In this document: positions 60,591 to 64,000 of the stretch, piece after piece
How positions within the stretch are numbered: position 1 is the first letter of the stretch
Layout: each line of letters begins with the position of its first letter
NCBI GenBank assembly: GCA_034439575.1
Contig: JAWXAQ010000016.1
Location: forward strand, 128,001-192,000
Length of the DNA stretch: 64,000 nucleotides
Origin: Leptospira sp.
GTDB lineage: Bacteria; Spirochaetota; Leptospiria; Leptospirales; Leptospiraceae
Direction: 5' to 3'
Notes under the pieces: model-generated
Told to the model about the DNA's origin: nothing
The model's input: the letters and a program-made list of their open reading frames with translations, nothing else
Databases searched by the model: none
Translations under genes and position numbers: made by a program

Positions 60591-62435
60591 TTATTTTAAG
60601 ATTTGAAACTCCTGCAAACAGGCGATTCCACTACTCTCTCTAAAAGTTCTAACCAATGTTGACTTAACGGTCAACATTTTTGATCTATTATCAAATTTTT
60701 CTTCAATAAAAGTATCAGGACAAGTATCACTTAACAATAAAACAGAGTCAAAACGCGACCAATCTTTCCATCTGTAACGATGATCATTGCGCACTGAACC
60801 ACTTTTGTACGTTTTTAATTTCATAGCTAAATCAAAATCAGAAGCGATCATTCTTCCTTTTGATTCATATTTCTTTTGGTCGTGAAAAGCATTTAAAAGA
60901 ATATAATGTTTGTTAGGATCAATTTGTTCTGCAATTTCCCTTGCAGGCTGAAAATCTGCCGCATTCAAGCCACGATAACAAAAAAGTTTTGATGGGAAAA
61001 AATTCCCAACGAGCAACCCTTCTTTATAAAATAAATTCCAACCTATTAGGCTAACCACAACTAACACTACACTATATGAAATTCGAGATTGAAATTTTGA
61101 TTCGGCAAATTGGGCAAATCGAAGCATCCATACAAAGGATAAAAAACCAATCGTAGGCAAAAATTGTAACACATGTCTAGGTTGTTTGTTACCAGTCGTT
61201 ATTTCTAATATAAACAGTTCTAAAAAAATTACGATCGTTGCCGCAACCAAAGGATCTCGTAATTTATCTTTCAAAGTTTGATTTTTTCTTACAAAAAAAT
61301 ACACAACAGAAACAAAGGCGAAAATGACTAGCGCACGAAACCCCCAAATGAAATCAAAAATACCGGGTACTTTTTCATCTATCCCTGGTTCTGTCCAAAG
61401 GGTAAGGAAAAAACTTCTTGTGTATTGATTCACAATCAATTGTGCATCAATCAAAGCATTGATTCTGTCTGGATTTGCAAATAACCAAAAAAAGGCGGGG
61501 AAAATCGCATAAACCCAAAGGATTACCATTGTCCTTGGGAATATTTCTTTTACTTTTTCTTTATTGCGATACAGATAAATAGAAAAATCTATAAAAACGA
61601 TAACCGTAATATAAAACATAAATGATTTAAATGTTCTTTGGTTCAAATTGATATTTGAGACCACTCGCACGATAGGCAATGAGATGATCATCGCAATGAC
61701 GAATACTAAATATATCAGTCGAATGCCTTTTGCATAATTTTTATACAAATAGAATATTACTTTCTTGTACACATTAGGCGAGCGGAGCACTTCATAGCTG
61801 ACACATGCCATAAAAAACAAAATTCCATATGGGTATTTTGTAAAATAAAAACCAAAGAGCGCGATGCTAACAAGATATTTTGTACTTGTTTGAATTTTGC
61901 CAATATTATCTTCATTATATAACTTAAATAAGGCGAAAGAAGAAAGAAGTAAAAAAAACATGGACTGCGTTTCTAACATAGATGTCAGAGAGTAAACAGG
62001 CACTTCCGTCGTTTGAATCACTAAAACCATTGTAAAAAATGCAAAGAGAGAGCCCCAAAATGGAGAATCCGTGACTTTGATAAGAATCATATATAAAGTG
62101 GGAAAAATTAAGATCAAAAAAAACATACCATGGAAAGAATCTCGGTATGTAATCGGCCAATCTGTCGGAAGATATAATAATAAAAACGTGCTAAATGAAC
62201 GGAGTGGTGGCCAAGTTGGTGATTCTAAAAAAGGAAGTGTCCCATTCCAAAAATTCCCAAGACGAAAATCTACATATTGGTCAAGAACTGTTGCTAGGCG
62301 AATGTTTTCATCCCAAGAAAGAAAATCATGATTTGGACATTGGGTCAAAAAAATTTCCCAGGCTTTCACTGCATAAAATGAAACAAATAATACACCTAAA
62401 AGGAAAAATGGAATGCCTAATAATTTTTTTAACAT
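60591..62435 (-). CDS. GT-C-like polytopic membrane protein (ArnT/PMT-like)
   Basis: WDE after TM1, WPP, SMLET, TKY.YG, K..RH.L; about 11 TM helices plus soluble C-terminal domain. Confidence 0.55.
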   Translation of the reverse strand: MLKKLLGIPFFLLGVLFVSFYAVKAWEIFLTQCPNHDFLSWDENIRLATVLDQYVDFRLGNFWNGTLPFLESPTWPPLRSFSTFLLLYLPTDWPITYRDSFHGMFFLILIFPTLYMILIKVTDSPFWGSLFAFFTMVLVIQTTEVPVYSLTSMLETQSMFFLLLSSFALFKLYNEDNIGKIQTSTKYLVSIALFGFYFTKYPYGILFFMACVSYEVLRSPNVYKKVIFYLYKNYAKGIRLIYLVFVIAMIISLPIVRVVSNINLNQRTFKSFMFYITVIVFIDFSIYLYRNKEKVKEIFPRTMVILWVYAIFPAFFWLFANPDRINALIDAQLIVNQYTRSFFLTLWTEPGIDEKVPGIFDFIWGFRALVIFAFVSVVYFFVRKNQTLKDKLRDPLVAATIVIFLELFILEITTGNKQPRHVLQFLPTIGFLSFVWMLRFAQFAESKFQSRISYSVVLVVVSLIGWNLFYKEGLLVGNFFPSKLFCYRGLNAADFQPAREIAEQIDPNKHYILLNAFHDQKKYESKGRMIASDFDLAMKLKTYKSGSVRNDHRYRWKDWSRFDSVLLLSDTCPDTFIEEKFDNRSKMLTVKSTLVRTFRESSGIACLQEFQILK

Positions 62436-62619
62436 AATGATTACAAACCTCAGGATTACTTCTGCAATTTAAAGTCAGAATGCATCATACAAGCTAAAAA
62501 CATACTTTTTTATAAGTCAAATGAGGCTTAAAATCAAGTTTGTATCCTCGTTTTTAACTTTAATTGCTACAAGTTTAATAAATTCTGGAGTTAAAGCTCG
62601 CCTGAAAGGAAGTTTTGAA

Positions 62620-64000
62620 ATGAAACATAACAAATTCGTCGCCATAACTATTCTTGGTTTCGTCACATTATCACTCGCAGGATTCTTTTCAAGGCCCGTC
62701 AAAGGCGATTCAAATTCCAATTTGGTCAAATTTCCCTCTGGCGTTAATACAGATGCTTTTGAGTTATACGAGAGTCTACCCTACTATCTTTCTCCGCCAG
62801 ATTTTATATTACCAAACAGTGTAGAATTTGTTTCTGACTTTCCACCACCAGGAAATCAAATGAATCAAAAAAGTAGCGTTGGTTTTGCGGTGGGTTATGG
62901 CTTATTATCGTATTTCGAAGCATCACGAAACAAAACAAAAAATATTTCAAATATTTCTCCACAATCTCCTGAAGGACAGTCGATTTTTTATTCACCTTCT
63001 TATGTTTATAATCAATTGAATGGTGGACGAGATAATGGAGCTTCACTTCTCGATGCACTTGTGCTTATGCAAAGTCGGGGATCTGTACCATTATCTGAAA
63101 TGCCATACACTGCTACTGGATTTCGAAATAAACCAGGTGCGAATCTTATTGAAATTGGTAGACGGAAAAGAGTATCACATATTTATAAATTAGATATTTC
63201 CAATATAACAACGATTAAATATGTTTTGTCTCAGAAAATTCCTGTTGTGTTTAGTTTTTTAACTTTCGAAAACTTTCTTGAATGGAAAGGCAACCAAGTA
63301 TATACAACTCCTACTGGTGAAGATATTGGTGCACAAACGCTTGTCCTCTTAGGATATGATGATTCCAAAAAAGCATTTCGCGTTTGGAATTCTTGGGGCA
63401 ATGAATGGGGTGATAAAGGTTATGCTTGGATACATTACACAACATTTCAAAAGTTGACAAGAGCTGCTTATCTAACTTTTCCTTCCGATGCTGGGATCTC
63501 CTTAAATTCGGAAAAGGAAGTTTTGGATATTGCGCAAAACACACCTATCGACTTAATTCAGCCACCAGAAGAAGTTTTCGCGTCAAAAGGTGAATTTGAA
63601 GACCGCATAAGACTTGTATGGTCAAAGAACAATAAAGCCATAGGTTATGAAATTTATAGAAAACGCAAAGATGAAACAAAATTTCAATTAATTGGGCTAT
63701 CAAGAACACATTCTTTTGAAGACAAGGGCGTTCAAAAAAATGTCGCTTATGCGTATCGCATAGCAAGCGTCAATGAAACAAAAATATCGACCCTATCTCC
63801 AGAGTCAAACGAAGGATATGCTTCCTCAGAAGTCAAAAATACCGAAATTCTACCTATAACCAATCTAAAAGCAAGTATTGGAAAGTACAATGACCGTATT
63901 CAACTATCATGGGATTTACATATTTCTGCGAACTCTTATTCCGTATATAAATGGAATTCAACATCTAAAATATTTCGATTTTTAGCCAAAACGGATAAGC
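62620..64000 (+). CDS. Secreted papain-like (C1 family) protein with fibronectin type III repeats; catalytic residues replaced; runs off the window
   Basis: My translation: signal peptide, PPGNQMNQKSSVGFA, SPSYVYNQ, GAQTLVLLGYDD, NSWGNEWGDKGYAW, then FN3-like repeats (ASKGEFEDRIRLVW...GYEIYR...YAYRI; ASIGKYNDRIQLSW). No stop before 64000; the frame is also open from ATG 62521. Confidence 0.85.
   Translation, partial: MKHNKFVAITILGFVTLSLAGFFSRPVKGDSNSNLVKFPSGVNTDAFELYESLPYYLSPPDFILPNSVEFVSDFPPPGNQMNQKSSVGFAVGYGLLSYFEASRNKTKNISNISPQSPEGQSIFYSPSYVYNQLNGGRDNGASLLDALVLMQSRGSVPLSEMPYTATGFRNKPGANLIEIGRRKRVSHIYKLDISNITTIKYVLSQKIPVVFSFLTFENFLEWKGNQVYTTPTGEDIGAQTLVLLGYDDSKKAFRVWNSWGNEWGDKGYAWIHYTTFQKLTRAAYLTFPSDAGISLNSEKEVLDIAQNTPIDLIQPPEEVFASKGEFEDRIRLVWSKNNKAIGYEIYRKRKDETKFQLIGLSRTHSFEDKGVQKNVAYAYRIASVNETKISTLSPESNEGYASSEVKNTEILPITNLKASIGKYNDRIQLSWDLHISANSYSVYKWNSTSKIFRFLAKTDK

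Noticed and set aside
62517..63766. Four short minus-strand ORFs at the window end
   Set aside because: They lie antisense to the long plus-strand C1-FN3 ORF, which carries clear family motifs.
1..64000. CRISPR array, tRNA/rRNA, IS element, prophage or anti-phage defence system
   Set aside because: No regularly spaced repeats, cloverleaf, transposase, integrase, phage structural or defence-type genes recognised; RecD and HrpB are housekeeping helicases. A manual scan could miss short or divergent elements.

Overview
A gene-dense, AT-rich bacterial chromosome segment. The gene set (SulP-carbonic anhydrase fusion, DUF1574-like SGNH proteins, PilZ/STAS proteins, spirochaete-type lipoproteins, a Flavo-1-like repeat) suggests a Leptospira, probably non-pathogenic; this is an inference. 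I found no rRNA, tRNA, CRISPR array, prophage or transposase. Housekeeping genes include recD, hrpB, htpX, apt, ppnP, pyrF, speE and mutA-mutB-meaB. Notable items: (1) a ufaD/ufaO/ufaM-like triplet, a candidate furan/methyl fatty-acid pathway; (2) a complete polyprenol-linked glycosylation/acylation operon (nucleotidyltransferase-GT2 fusion, RfbE-like epimerase, GT2, SGNH-like protein, GT-C); (3) a ferritin-fold protein that has lost most iron ligands and carries a histone-H1-like tail; (4) two pseudo-proteases, a dead Deg paralogue next to an active one and a papain-FN3 protein with both catalytic residues replaced (absent from the ORF track); (5) a metal/redox module with a CsoR-type palindrome, DUF302, a Flavo-1-like structured element, an ABM-like protein and a Cys-rich ECF sigma factor; (6) a one-base frameshift near the end of the capD-like gene; (7) divergent genes whose start codons overlap. 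All functional calls come from motif recognition by eye; no database search was run.
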